Source: an uncultured Chloroflexia bacterium (GTDB taxonomy: Bacteria > Chloroflexota > Chloroflexia > QHBQ01 > JADMIH01). From it: a stretch of DNA of 64,000 nt. Below are positions 1 to 11,400 of this stretch, one piece after another. The stretch's first letter is position 1. Every line of letters starts with the position of its first letter. Below the pieces are notes generated by a model. It had not been told where the DNA came from and searched no databases. It worked only from the letters and a program-made list of their open reading frames with translations. The DNA is taken from positions 672,001-736,000 of the forward strand of contig CAWCNY010000002.1 of assembly GCA_963797095.1 (NCBI GenBank), written 5' to 3'. Both the position numbers and the translations under genes were made by a program.

Positions 1-440
1 GTGGGGCAGGTTACCATGGAAGGGGCAGCCCTTGAGTCTCACTGACAAATCTCAAACGGATCGTATGCATGTGGGGTTGGACTTCCTGCTAGTCAAAGAG
101 CTTGAAGTCCTAAAAGATGATATATCAAGGAGTCTGGGGTGCACCAGGCCTACTTCCTGAGTAACGCCTTGATCGTGGGGCGCGTATAACGGCGCGTCAA
201 TTGAATCCCGAGCAGTTCTATACTCACGAGATGGTTGAGGCCATAGCTGCGAACGGCAGTAGGATGAACCGCCCGAAGGAGAGCGAGCAAGGACGCACCG
301 GGGACTCGCACGGTCGTGGAACAGCCGAGGAGCCTTCGTAGAGGTAAACCCACTACGGCCTATCCACTATCCGCCGTAGCCGGGGCGCAAGCGGTTACGA
401 CACCGGCTATTGGAACTACGACACAAAGGAAAGTAATACC

Positions 441-530
441 ATGCCAACCCCGACACTCAAATTACCGGAAGAAATCCGGGTCGAGATGAAGGCTCACTTT
501 GCCGCTGTCAATAAGGCAGCAAAGCGCTAA
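441..530 (+). CDS. Putative 29-aa small protein (MPTPTLKLPEEIRVEMKAHFAAVNKAAKR)
   Basis: Read by hand. AAAGGA RBS at 425-430, ATG 441, TAA 528-530, ending 10 nt before the XRE gene. Below the ORF-track size cutoff. Confidence 0.35.
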   Translation: MPTPTLKLPEEIRVEMKAHFAAVNKAAKR

Positions 531-540
531 CGTATTCGCA

Positions 541-948
541 ATGAACAAAGGTCCCGAAATAGGGGTGCGGATAAGGGAGGCACGCACGAAGGCCGGACTT
601 AGCATGAGCGCTCTGGCGAAGCATGCGGGCATGAGCCTGGCTTATGTAAGTCTCCTGGAGGCCGGCAAGATTCCGGCACCAACCGTGGACAGGCTTTCGA
701 GAATTGCCACTGCGCTGGACACGCCGTTGGAACGCATCATAAGCGAGGCCGAATACTCACCTGCACAGCGCATAGAACAGCACGCAGGGATTATCGATGA
801 GCTGGTAAGGATGGCCCCCAATACCGACCCGGAAATGGCTCGAGCTTTCGTTGGAGGCTTACTCCACCTAAGTCGAGACGACCAGGTGCAAGTTGCCGAC
901 CTGATCGCCCGCCTCAGGGACCCATACCGAGGTAGACACGCTACCTAG
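541..948 (+). CDS. XRE-family helix-turn-helix transcriptional regulator
   Basis: IGVRIREARTKAGLSMSALAKHAGMSLAYVSLLEAGKIPAPTVDRLSRIATAL is a canonical HTH_3 pattern. ATG 541 preferred over TTG 499. Confidence 0.85.
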   Translation: MNKGPEIGVRIREARTKAGLSMSALAKHAGMSLAYVSLLEAGKIPAPTVDRLSRIATALDTPLERIISEAEYSPAQRIEQHAGIIDELVRMAPNTDPEMARAFVGGLLHLSRDDQVQVADLIARLRDPYRGRHAT

Positions 949-1033
949 GATCCTGCTCGGCTTTGATAGCGCCGGTCAAAGCAGCAGACACCTCGATGCC
1001 CCGCTTGCATAAACAGCATAAAGGAGAAGCAGG

Positions 1034-1462
1034 ATGAACAGCAGAGACTTTGTAGGCACTGGCTACAAGGATCCGGGCGTGTATGATGTACATGTTGAAG
1101 ATGGTGGCAAGCATTACAGCCTCACTCACAAGGTACATGGACTGGATGCCGGCTTCCGGTGGGGCGGTGGCGGACCCGCCAGCACAGACCTGGCTCGTGC
1201 TTTGTTGTGGATGACCACCGGCACTGAGCCGGAGTGGAGAATATGCTGCCTCTTCAAGAACGAAGTGGTAGCGGCCTGGACCAGGCACCTGGGCGAGTGC
1301 TGGCGGATAAGTGAAGAGGGAATCAGGCAGTGGCTAGCTCAGGTCGAACAAGAGACCGCTCGAACAGAAACCGCCGACCAGACGAAGGCACGTTTGGATC
1401 AAGCGCATAGTAGAGAATCGAGGCTCAGAGGCGCCGCCGCAACGTTTGGCGGGCGGCACTAA
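1034..1462 (+). CDS. DUF6166-like hypothetical protein
   Basis: GFRWGGGGPASTDLARALL...FKNEVVA resembles the GFxWGYxGSGPxxLAxAIL motif of DUF6166. AAGGAG RBS upstream. Confidence 0.65.
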   Translation: MNSRDFVGTGYKDPGVYDVHVEDGGKHYSLTHKVHGLDAGFRWGGGGPASTDLARALLWMTTGTEPEWRICCLFKNEVVAAWTRHLGECWRISEEGIRQWLAQVEQETARTETADQTKARLDQAHSRESRLRGAAATFGGRH

Positions 1463-1507
1463 AGAATAGAGATCAACTTTGTGCGTAGTGAGACGTTTGG
1501 CGAGCGT

Positions 1508-1797
1508 ATGAAAGAGGCGATTGTGAGAGAGGAAGAAGTGGCCCGCCTTGCGAGGCTTGGCATCCGCCCAATAGTCTGGCTGGACGGCTACGTCTTGTGC
1601 TCACTATCGGCTGTTATCGCGACTTCCAGTTCACGCGAGATATCCTGAGTAGCAGCGCGAGGCCAGAGCAGATTGAGCAGGCAATCGAGGCTCTCGTTGA
1701 CTTAGGCGCGCACTGTGATTGCGAGGTGCTTCAGGCACTTGGGCAACTGCCAAGGGGCGTCCTATGGCACCATTCCGCCGCACCCGGGGCCGTATAA
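1508..1797 (+). pseudogene. DUF2695-like protein, probably frameshifted
   Basis: C-terminal LVDLGAHCDCEVL matches the GxxCDCEV motif of DUF2695. The upstream ATG at 1508 is in a different frame. Confidence 0.45.
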
Positions 1798-3089
1798 GTA
1801 TATGCTCCGAATTCATTTGCTTGGCCATCCCCACTTCCTGGCCGCCGGAAACCGCTGCTCTTCGCGAAGCTGTTATCAATGAAGCGCGCCTGCCTGGAGG
1901 GGCAGGGTCTGAGGATGAGGGGTCATCTTATGCCTCGGGAACCTCGGCAAACAAAGCCGGGTATCCGCTTGCGGGTGCTTTGCTCTTGCCATTCGTTGGC
2001 CGCGAAACCGAGTTCGATCAACTGCGTGGCTGGTGGAGTCGCGCGGCACGCGGCAAAGGTGGACTTGCGCTGGTGGGAGGAGAAGCCGGGATAGGTAAAA
2101 CGCGCCTGGCAGCCCACCTTGCCAACCACGCGGAGAGGGAAGGCGCACGTATCTTGGTCGGCAATACCACTTTTGCCGAGCCCCTCCCTTATCAGGCCCT
2201 GGTCGAAGCCCTCCGATCCGCGTTGCCTCTGCTCGCGGCTCTCGATATCGAATCTCTGTGGCTGGCTGCAGTGGCCTCTCTGATTCCCGAATTACGCACC
2301 CGGCGCGGAGAAGGAGCCGGCCGCCTCCATATCACATGTATGGGTGAAGGCAGCCCCTCTGTGATACTGGAGCATGGCATGGCCACCGAGAGCGACAGCT
2401 GGGCCCAGGTACAGCAGGCTGTTGCTCAGTTTACCCGCGTGTGTGCCTTCGACCGGGCCAGTAGGAGGAAGAGCGATCCCGCACCCAAGCCCCGTACAAG
2501 CGAGGATATGGTGGCCGATCTGAATACCCTTCTGGCGAGCGTGCACGTGCCCGGGCCCCACGTACTGGTTGGCAACTCGCTCGGCGGCTTCAATGCGCGT
2601 CTATATGCACATAAATATCCCGGTGACGTTGTAGGGCTTGTGTTCGTTGATTCGATGCACCCCGGCCAATTCGCCCGCTTCGAGCAGGCTCTGCCACCGG
2701 AGACGCCGCAGGACCCGGAAGGCCTGAAGTGGTTCAGGCAATCCTTCACGCGGGCTTACAAAGACCCTACCAAGAACCCTGAAGGTTTCGATCAGCTAAC
2801 GAGCCACGAGCAGATGCGCTCTGTCACGTCACTTGGTGACCTGCCGATCGTCGTGCTGGCGTCGGGCACTTTCCTTAAGGAGACTCCGGAACCCCGGCTT
2901 GGGTTGCATATGCATAATGTGTGGCAGGAGCTACAGAAAGACCTCGCCCGTCTGTCGTCAAACAGCAAGTTCGTCGCAGTGGAAGATAGCGGGCATTTCA
3001 TACAGGTCGGTCGGCCGCAGGTGGTCACCGATGCCATACGAGAACTGGTTGAGCAGGTAAGGGGCCGTCAGGCTCATCAAGACCAGTAA
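1719..3089 (+). CDS. Chimeric ORF: fragment of a SARP/AfsR-type AAA ATPase fused in frame to an alpha/beta hydrolase
   Basis: PPETAALREAV (BTAD-end-like), then PFVGRETEFDQL...GGEAGIGKTRL (Walker A), then an abrupt switch to RLHITCMGEGSPSVILEHG...VGNSLGG (GxSxG)...SGHFIQ. No convincing start codon. Confidence 0.6.
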   Translation: MRGASGTWATAKGRPMAPFRRTRGRISICSEFICLAIPTSWPPETAALREAVINEARLPGGAGSEDEGSSYASGTSANKAGYPLAGALLLPFVGRETEFDQLRGWWSRAARGKGGLALVGGEAGIGKTRLAAHLANHAEREGARILVGNTTFAEPLPYQALVEALRSALPLLAALDIESLWLAAVASLIPELRTRRGEGAGRLHITCMGEGSPSVILEHGMATESDSWAQVQQAVAQFTRVCAFDRASRRKSDPAPKPRTSEDMVADLNTLLASVHVPGPHVLVGNSLGGFNARLYAHKYPGDVVGLVFVDSMHPGQFARFEQALPPETPQDPEGLKWFRQSFTRAYKDPTKNPEGFDQLTSHEQMRSVTSLGDLPIVVLASGTFLKETPEPRLGLHMHNVWQELQKDLARLSSNSKFVAVEDSGHFIQVGRPQVVTDAIRELVEQVRGRQAHQDQ

Positions 3090-3281
3090 GCTGGCCTTAC
3101 CCCTCCGGACCAACCGAAAATAGAGGGGAAATGTCAGAACCAAGAGTGTGGGGCCGAGTGGAGGGCACGATAATGTGCAACCCACAAGCTCATATTGTCG
3201 AGATCGTGGAGAGCAAGGAGTACTGACGCAAGCGACAAGCCACGTAGGAAAAATTGAGATGGGTTTGCTCTGTCGGTGTGC

Positions 3282-3568
3282 CAGGGCTGTGTCAAAGTCG
3301 GCGTAAAGAATGAAGTGGTGAGTTGCCATAGCTCGCACACTCTTCTGGCCAGAGGCCATAGCTGCACATATCAATGTGAGCAACACTCTCCACTCGTGCT
3401 GTTTGCCGCGTGCTTTACGAGGGTCTGATACCGTGCTCACAGCTTCCAACAAAGTGCTATACTCCTGGGGCGAGTCCATCCACTTTGGCCTCCTTCCTCT
3501 GCTTTGAGAGAGTTTGGAAGGATTCTATTGCCTTTGGTGGTTGGATCCTGACTTTGACACAAGCCCTG
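3282..3568 (-). mobile_element. Internally deleted ISAs1-family element (MITE-like, 287 bp)
   Basis: Terminal IRs CAGGGCTGTGTCAAAGTC (3282-3299) and GACTTTGACACAAGCCCTG (3550-3568). 10-bp direct repeat GTCGGTGTGC at 3272-3281 and 3569-3578. Encodes only the transposase N-terminus (VSDPRKARGKQHEWRVLL). Confidence 0.88.
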
Positions 3569-3587
3569 GTCGGTGTGCCCGGTCAAC

Positions 3588-3616
3588 TTGACATATTCTA
3601 GAACGAATGGTATGCT
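3588..3616 (+). promoter_or_regulatory. Sigma70-type promoter
   Basis: TTGACA-17 nt-TATGCT with TGn extended -10. Confidence 0.65.
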
Positions 3617-3665
3617 GAAGATGCTTGACTAAAGTGTAGTACCCGTTGCGATTTGTTCTCTAAGC

Positions 3666-3692
3666 GAGCCTGGGAATCTCCAGGCTCTTTTT
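3666..3692 (+). terminator. Intrinsic terminator-like hairpin in the leader of the SLOG gene
   Basis: GAGCCTGG-gaatct-CCAGGCTC followed by TTTTT. Confidence 0.65.
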
Positions 3693-3702
3693 GTTTCTAG
3701 GG

Positions 3703-3781
3703 GACAATTAAAGGAGTAGCAATGAGAGTTATCATAGCAGGCAGCCGCGAAATCGAAAACATAAGCATTGATGCAGCCGTG
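3703..3781 (+). repeat. 79-bp exact direct repeat, copy 1 (RBS and 5' end of the SLOG gene)
   Basis: Identical to 4509-4587. Confidence 0.95.
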
Positions 3782-4069
3782 ACTGCCTCCGGTTTCAGAG
3801 ATGCAATTGACGAAGTAGTCTCGGGTGGAGCAGTGGGCGTGAACAGAGCCGGGCAGGATTGGGCCGCCCTGGCGCATATTCCGGTGAAGGTGTTTGCCAC
3901 CGACTGGGCGCGCTTCGGAAAGAGCGCCGATGCCAGGCGCAACGAGCAGATGGTTGAATACGCCGATGCCCTGGTTTTGATCTGGAACGGAAAATCCACA
4001 GGAATCCGCAGTCTGCGCGATGCCGCTCTCCGGCATGGATTGAAAGTGTTCGTGCAGACCGTCGCTTAG
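3722..4069 (+). CDS. SLOG-superfamily protein (YspA/DUF2493-like)
   Basis: MRVIIAGSR...EVVSGGAVGVN...ADW.RFGKSA..RRNEQMVEYADALVLIWNGKSTG. AAGGAG RBS. Confidence 0.82.
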   Translation: MRVIIAGSREIENISIDAAVTASGFRDAIDEVVSGGAVGVNRAGQDWAALAHIPVKVFATDWARFGKSADARRNEQMVEYADALVLIWNGKSTGIRSLRDAALRHGLKVFVQTVA

Positions 4070-4080
4070 CAAAGCTATAT

Positions 4081-4436
4081 GTACCCCGTCAAGGTTAATG
4101 CTCGTGAGAAAGCGCCAGTCCTCCAATGTGGCTTCCTCGACGTTGGTGGTCTTTCTCAGGCCGGCATTGTTCACGAGCACGTCGAGCTTGTCGTAGGTGC
4201 GCTATAGCAGGGCTGATGTTCTGTTGCTAATCGTTCTCGTTGGCAACATCGTGCCTGATTAAGATGGCGTCACCTCCGGCCGATTTGATTTCTTCGACTA
4301 CCCTGTAGCCCTCTTCTTGTTTGATATCGGTTACGACCACTCTAGCGCCTTCCTCTGCGAGCCTGCTGGCGCAGGCCCGCCCGATGCCGAGTGAGCCGCC
4401 TGTTACGATAGCTACTCTATCGTGAACGCAGTTCAT
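4081..4436 (-). pseudogene. Short-chain dehydrogenase/reductase, disrupted and truncated
   Basis: VAIVTGGSLGIGRA (TGxxxGIG) in 4227-4436. LDVLVNNAG...INLDGV follows in another frame. The catalytic YxxxK half is absent. Confidence 0.8.
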
Positions 4437-4508
4437 GAAGTGTCTACTCTCAGGTGCGTGTGGCTCTTAGTATTACAGCAGCACTTAGCTGCCAGGACTG
4501 AGGTCTCA

Positions 4509-4587
4509 GACAATTAAAGGAGTAGCAATGAGAGTTATCATAGCAGGCAGCCGCGAAATCGAAAACATAAGCATTGATGCAGCCGTG
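4509..4587 (+). repeat. 79-bp exact direct repeat, copy 2
   Basis: Identical to 3703-3781. Abuts an IS5 fragment. Confidence 0.95.
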
Positions 4588-4787
4588 TGCCGGACCGAGC
4601 AGCACTCACCGGTATCATCTTCGTGCTCAAGTCGGGTTTGCAGTGGGAGATGTTACCACAGGAGATGGGTTGCGGCTGTGGCATGACCTGCTGGCGGCTC
4701 AGAGATTGGCAAGCAGCAGGGGTGTGGAAGAAGTTGCTCTCAATCAGACGCAATGGCCTGTCAGCCTCGGCCCAATTATGCATATGA
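4587..4787 (+). mobile_element. IS5-family transposase N-terminal fragment
   Basis: DRAALTGIIFVLKSGLQWEMLPQEMGCGCGMTCWRLRDWQAAGVW is a DUF4096-type IS5 N-terminus. Confidence 0.78.
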
Positions 4788-5430
4788 GGGGGGCTATCCT
4801 GCTCCACCATACCTCATCTTGAAAGCCGAGTGCCCATTCCGGGTGAGTGGCAGCCAACCCTATCAGCCAGTCTCTACGCTTTTTTTACGCGCATACTGCG
4901 GGTCGGGAAAGGTAATCCACTCCTTGGCTCGCAGCCAGCGCACTCCCAGCCGCTCCAGCGTGGTGTGCACCGTCTCAGCCGATACCCTCTCTCTTGTCAG
5001 TCCCGTCTCAAGGCTCACCTCGGCAGCCAGTTTCCAACGTCCATACCGAGGTGTCCTTACCCAGTTCACGAGGGCTGCGATGCAGTAATGTGCGTAGAGC
5101 CTGCACGCCCTCCGGTGTGAAAGCAGCCCGTATAGTGCGAGGTCGGGAGGAACCCTCCTTGAGGCTCTCAACTCCTTTGAGGTTGAAAGCCTTGATAGCG
5201 TTACGTACAGTCTGGTCGTCACAACTCAGGCTACGCGCTACGTGGGTAGCTCGTTCACCCGTGGAGGAGGCGAGCAGTATCTGGCACCTTCTAGGCGTGA
5301 AGGCATCCGAGGAGCGCAAGCGTGCTTCCACAGCCTGGCGCTCTCCCTCTGTGAATGGCCGAACGAAAATAGGCGTTCTCATGCCTACAAGTATAACCCA
5401 TTCCTATTACCTTCTCTGATCCTGCACTAG
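4780..5430 (-). mobile_element. IS630-family transposase remnant (frameshifted, truncated)
   Basis: HTH part 5008-5382 (RRCQILLASS...SVWTL), continuation ...WLRAKEWITFPDPQYARKK, A7 run (T7 at 4880-4886 on +), then GFQDEVWWS containing the first catalytic D. Confidence 0.8.
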
Positions 5431-5445
5431 CCTTGCCAACCGTGC

Positions 5446-8400
5446 CTATGAAGCAGTAGAAGAGGTTGCGGAACCATCTGTCGTCGATGTCGTGACCTTG
5501 CTCGTTTTCAAAAGTACGCGTACCTCGTGCGTCTTCCCATCGTTCACAAGAGGTACTTTGCAATCAAGCAGAGATGAACCATCCAGTTGCACCGCAATCA
5601 CCTCGCCTGATGTGCCCAACCCGGCCTCCACGCTGATATGGTAGCTGCTGTCTCTATATCTGAAGTTCATGCTATAGCCGGGCCAGTGTGAAGGAATGCA
5701 TGGCTCGACTGTAAAGTGATCGGCGTGCAGCTTCAGGCCGAGTATATACTCAACCCCCAGACGATAGAGCCAACTTGCCGAGCCTGTGTACCAGGTCCAC
5801 CCGCCCCGGCCGATATGCTGTGGGTGCGAATAGATATCGGCAGCTACCACGTAAGGCTCAGCCTTGTAGCGACCAGTCTCTTCCGGCGTGCGCGCATGGT
5901 TAGTGGGGTTGAGCATCTGGAACAGACGGTAAGCTCCCTCGCCGTCCCCCATCAGCACGTGGGCGACCGCCGTCCAGACCGCAGCGTGCGTATATTGTCC
6001 GCCGTTCTCCCGCACCCCCGGCAAGTAGCCCTTAATGTAGCCGGGGTCCTGAGCCGTCTTATCAAAGGCGGGAGTGAGAAGCAGGATCAATCGCTCCCGC
6101 TCCAGCACCAACCGCTCCTCCACCGATTGCATAGCCTTCTTCGTTCGCGATTTCTCGGCGGCTCTCGAAATAACCGCCCAACTCTGCGCGATAGAGTTGA
6201 TCCGGCACTCCTCGCTCTCCGAGGAACCCAGCGGCACGCCGCTGTCGTAGAAGGCGCGCAAGTACCACTCACCATCCCACGCCTGGCTCTCCAGCGCGCC
6301 CTTGAGTCTCTCCATCTCGTCCCGGAACTGGCCCGCCCGCACCCCATCCCCGCGCTGCTCGCACACGGGCGCGAAGCTGTCCAGGACGGCATACAAGAAC
6401 CACCCCAGCCAGACGCTCTCCCCCTTGCCTTCGATGCCGACGCGGTTCATGCCGTCGTTCCAGTCGCCGGCGCCCATAAGGGGAAGGCCATGCGCGCCCG
6501 CTGTGTTGCCACGCGCAATCGCTCGGAGGCAATGGTCATATAGAGTGCCTACCTCTTCCGATACGGTGGGGGTACCGTACATATCTTCCTGGTCGGGGGC
6601 AAGAAGCGGAGCTTGCAGGAATGGAACCTTCTCATCAAGTACCCCGACGTCGCCTGTGGCCCCTACGTAGTAAGCGGTAACAAATGGGAGCCAGAGCAGG
6701 TCATCGGAGAAGCGAGTTCGCACGCCACGCCCGGTCGGCGGGTGCCACCAGTGCTGTACATCTCCTTCCCTGAATTGCCGGCCGGCGCACCTTAGTATTT
6801 GCTCACGAGCTATATTCGGCGCTGCATAGACCAGGGCCATGACATCCTGAAGCTGGTCACGGAAGCCATAAGCTCCGCCGCTCTGGTAAAAAGCCGTTCG
6901 CCCCCAGAGGCGGCAACTGATGCTCTGGTAGAGGAGCCAGCGGTTGAGCAACATATTCATGGCCGTGTCGGGCGTCTCCGCCACCACAGCCGATAGGAGC
7001 CAGTCCCACATCCTGAGTGTGCCCTGGAATTCCGTTTCGACCTGACCATGATCGCGATACTTCGCTGCGAGGAAGCGCGCATGGTCGGCGTTGTCTCCCT
7101 CGCCCAGCGTGAAGACCACTGTACGCTCCTCACCGGGCTGCAGGTTCAGGGCACATTGGAGAGCCACACAGGAGTTGAGTCCCGCTCCTACCCGACCCGA
7201 GAGCCCGCGGCGCTCCAGGGCGGCCGGAGCCTGTAGAGAGCCGTTGCGGCCCAGGAACTCTGCCCGATCCGCGGTGAACGTAAAGTCTGAGGCGCTCGTT
7301 GCTGCGAAGGCTACCCGCTCAGCGAACTCCGGGTTGTACGGGTTGCGCGCAAGGATCGCACTGTGCTCTCGGTCCGCTTCGGTGATTATGAACCGCGATA
7401 CGGCTTCGCGACTCACACCCAGCACCAACTCGGCATAATAGGTCACAGATAACTTTCGTGGGGTTGTTGAGCTGTTGCGCACCGTCAGCTTGCACACTTT
7501 CACCGGGTCGTCAGCAGGCACCGAGACCAGTAAGGTCTGCTCGATGCCGTTACTATTGTGGTTGTATACCGTGTAGCCTTGACCATGCCGGATAGTGTAA
7601 GGCTCCAGGTGGCGCACTGGAAGCGGTGTCGGCGACATCACAGCACCGCTTTCATCATCCCTGATGTAGATCGCCTCAGAAGGAGGATCCGAAACCGGGT
7701 CGTTCGACCAGGGAGTGAGACGGTTCTCCCGGCTGTTCTCAGACCATGTCGAGGCCATACCGCTCTCGGTCAGCAGGCAGCCGAAATGGTAATTGGTTAT
7801 TACGTTGCTCCAGGGCTGGGGCGCCCACCGCCCACCCGCCAGCGTTATCACGTATTCGCGGCCATCAGGGGTGAAATCGCCAAACCCATTCTGGTTTTGA
7901 CCCTTCTCCCCGCTCAGGGGCACGGCTGTGGGTTGCGGGCTAATAGATTGTGCTTTAGTCCAGGAAGCTGCTGGCTGGGCATGCTCCTGGCGGGGGAATT
8001 CTTTTGGCAGAGGGAGGCGTATGTCGGGCACTTCTCTGTTGAGTTGGACATCCAGGGTGCCGAGATTGCCTACCAGGACGACGCGGGCGACGCTGTTAAG
8101 GAGAATGTGGTCCGCTTCAGTCATGACATCTGCACGCTTGACGTAAACGCCGCCGGGTTTGTTGAGCATCTGGTGGGCATGGCTCGACGCCACCAATCGC
8201 TCCAGTTCGTCCTGCACGGGTTGTATATAGCCGCCGGGGTATTCGTTCAGGATGACGAGGTCAGCGTCAAAGCCCTTTCGCTTCCAGAACTCATGGGCAC
8301 GAAGTGCCTGGCGTACCAACGGCGTTTCCGGCAGGTCGGCAATTCGAACAAGCAGGATGGGAAGATCTCCGCTGATGCTGTAAGCCCAGAGCCCCTGCTG

Positions 8401-11400
8401 GCCCTTGGTGTTCCTGGCGAGCGTTGCGTCGGGCGGGCGCGTGCCCCGGCGCGGGTAGATCATGCGGGAGAACAAGCGCTGGTACTGCATCGCCTCATCC
8501 ACCGAGATGTCCAGCATCCTCAATTCGAGCTGCGCCTGGCTGAGGGACATGGCGACCGCGCGCTCGGCCCAGGCGGCATCGTGGTACTTGTCACAGAGAG
8601 CGTAAGCCTCTTCCTTCGTCCCGGCGGCCGCCGTCACAAACGACACCTGCACCTTCGCACCCGGTGCGACGCGCACTTTCTGGCGCAGGCTGAAGATAGG
8701 GTCCAGTACGGCACCGGCGGTATTGCCCAGGAGTTGCCCTGCCATCATGGCGCGAGGGGCGGCGGGCGTGCCGCCCCTCCCAAGGAAAGCCATCCGGTCG
8801 GTCTCGTACTCGTCGGGGAAGGGAGAGCCGAGCGCGCCGGTAGTCTCGTCATGCCGCGCAACAGCCACTACATGCACCAGCCAGTTGCGCAGGTCGCCTG
8901 CGGATCTTGGCCGCCGGCTGGCGAGCAGCGCGCCATAATCGGGGAAGTATTCGGTTTCAACGAAGAGCTTGCTGAAAGCCGGGTGCGCTTCATCGGCGGA
9001 TTGAGTGGCCAGGGCAATCTCCGCGTAGCTGGTCAATTCAATCTGGCGCGGCCGATTGCTGCGATTGGTGAGGGTCACACGCCTGATCTCGGCATCGTCC
9101 TCGGGGCTTACCACCACCTCCATTTGAGTCTCGATGTCTCCGTCCCTCCTGAAGTACTCCACCTTATCCGGCGCGAAGCGGGCGTGGTACCCGGAGGGCA
9201 ACCCACCGAACGGAGCGGCGGCAGCAGACCAGGTCGCGCCGCTCTGCATGTCACGCAAATATATAAAAGTACCGCATGGATCGCGTACCCAGTCGTCGCG
9301 CCAGCGAGTGACCGCGAGGGTCTCGCTGGCGCTACTCCACCTGCTGTAGCCCGCACCCGAGTTAGTCATCATCACCGTGTAGCGCCCGTTGGAGATGAGG
9401 TGGCCTCTGGGCACGTCCGTATTGGGGGTGTTGTAGCCACGCACAACAGGTGGCACTTCCTCGCGATACGCCTGAGCTCGCGCCTCCGCACTTGAGTGTG
9501 GCGGGATGGCCGGTGCCTGGCGTGGGACGCGCTCTTGCAACAGCAGCAGTGTCGCACGCACTTCCGGCTCCGCCTCGAAGCGCCTGACCATTGGGTTGCC
9601 GTTGAGAAAGTTGTTTATGGCGGTCAGGCCCATGCCCAGGTGATGCACCATGTATGTGCTGACGATAGCCCCACTCTGCCCAGGAGCGAGGCGAGAGCGT
9701 GTAAAGTCTATGGCGTCGTAGAAGCCATAGCGCCCCTCCATGCCGAGGGATGACAGGCGGCGCAGGTTGTCGAGGGCGCTTTGCGGGTCAATCCCGAGCG
9801 CAAGCTGCGTGGCATAGGGAGCCACCACCAGGTCCTCGGATAGCCCGCGCTTGAGACCAAGCTCAGGCAGGCCGAAGGCCCTGTACCTGTAGCTCTGGCT
9901 GCTGTCAAGGGCGTTGTACGCCGACTCGGAGATCCCCCATGGCAGTCTCCTCTCTCGCCCATACCGTTCCTGGTAGCGCACCGCTGCGGCGCAGGTCTGG
10001 TCAAGGAGACTTCCGCTATATGCAGGCATCACGAGGTTGGGCATCAAGTATTCGAACATCGTGCCTGTCCAGGAAATGAGGGTCTGGTCGCGACCCCGAC
10101 CGGTGACGGAGCGGCCCAGGCGGAACCAGTGCGCCTGCGGCACATCCCCCCGGGCGATAGCCACGTAGCTCGCCAGGCGCGCTTCCGAGGCGAGTAAGTC
10201 GTAATATGAGCGGTCGCGCTGCAACTCGGTTACGTTGTAGCCGATGGCAAAAAGCTTGCGCTCCTCGTCATACAGGAAGCCAAATCCCATTTCACGGGCC
10301 ATGTTGCCGGCGCGGGCTCCCAGATTGCCGAGCCTGTTCGACAGGGCATCGAGCGCGGCGTGCGACTCGGATACGCTCGCGCTCAACCGGTCCAGCCAGC
10401 GAATAGAGTTGCTACGCTCCAGCGCCTCCTCGCCCAGGTCGGCGGCCTGGATGAGCACCTGTAAGCGCTTGATATCAGATATGCAATCGGTACACCATTG
10501 CGGGGCCTCGCTGATGGAGGGTATAGGACCAGGCAGTTCCTTCAGATTTGCCCACAGCGCGGCTATTTCAGATCGTCCTGGATCGTTTGAACGCTCCTCT
10601 TTGAGTAAAAGAGGCGGAGATTCGATCATGCTGGCCCATGGCACCAGGCTGTTTATCTCCACCTCCAGCGACCGGACGGCGCGCGCCAGGGAGTCGGTCC
10701 AGAAGGCAAGCTCCAAGACCGTATCAACATTCCTCTTTGAGTACTTTTGCCCGGCGGGAGCCTGAATTGCGCCACGCCCAAGAATCGGGCTCTCCCAGCC
10801 TCTGCCGCCGACAAGGCGTCGAGCTTCTGTTGCCAGATCGCCTGTGAGTTGCACCAGCGAGGTTGTGAGCGTGACCCATTCCGGTACTGTCCGGGGGGTG
10901 GATTTGACCTCTTCTTGTGCGTAGCCCACTTCATTCTTGATTGTCTCAACCCTCTCCATGAGGGCATCGAGCGTCGAATGTTGTGCGTCGTGCAATGGCC
11001 CCCTTCGGTCAGCGCCCAGGGCCTCCAAGTCAGATTTGATAAGCCCGCAAATGTCACCCATGTTCTGTAGCAACTGAGGTGGGAGGAGGGGAGCATCAAG
11101 CAGTTCGGAGCAGCCCCACTTCAGAGCCAGCAGGTGCCCTGCGAGGTTACCGCTGTCCACTGTGGAGACATATTCCGGGGGTAGAGGCTTGCCTGACAAA
11201 GTATCGTACCAGTTATAGAAATGGCCTTTATACCGCTCAAGCCTCTCCATGCTCGACAAGGTGCTGTCAATTCTCTGCGCCAGTTCCGACACTGTGATAT
11301 ACCCCAGGTCATGAGCCGAGAGGGTAGAGAGCAGCAGGAGCCCCAGATCGGTGGGCGATGTGCGGTGCGCCAGGTCTCCTTTCGGTTCCTCCTGGAAGTT

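Noticed and set aside
3620-3680. GCCTGGG as a ZTP riboswitch 3' motif
   Set aside because: The upstream GACTGGCG/CCAC elements are absent, so it is kept only as an unclassified leader.
7558-9495. 645-aa + strand ORF
   Set aside because: Antisense shadow of the glucan synthase in GC-rich DNA, with no motifs.
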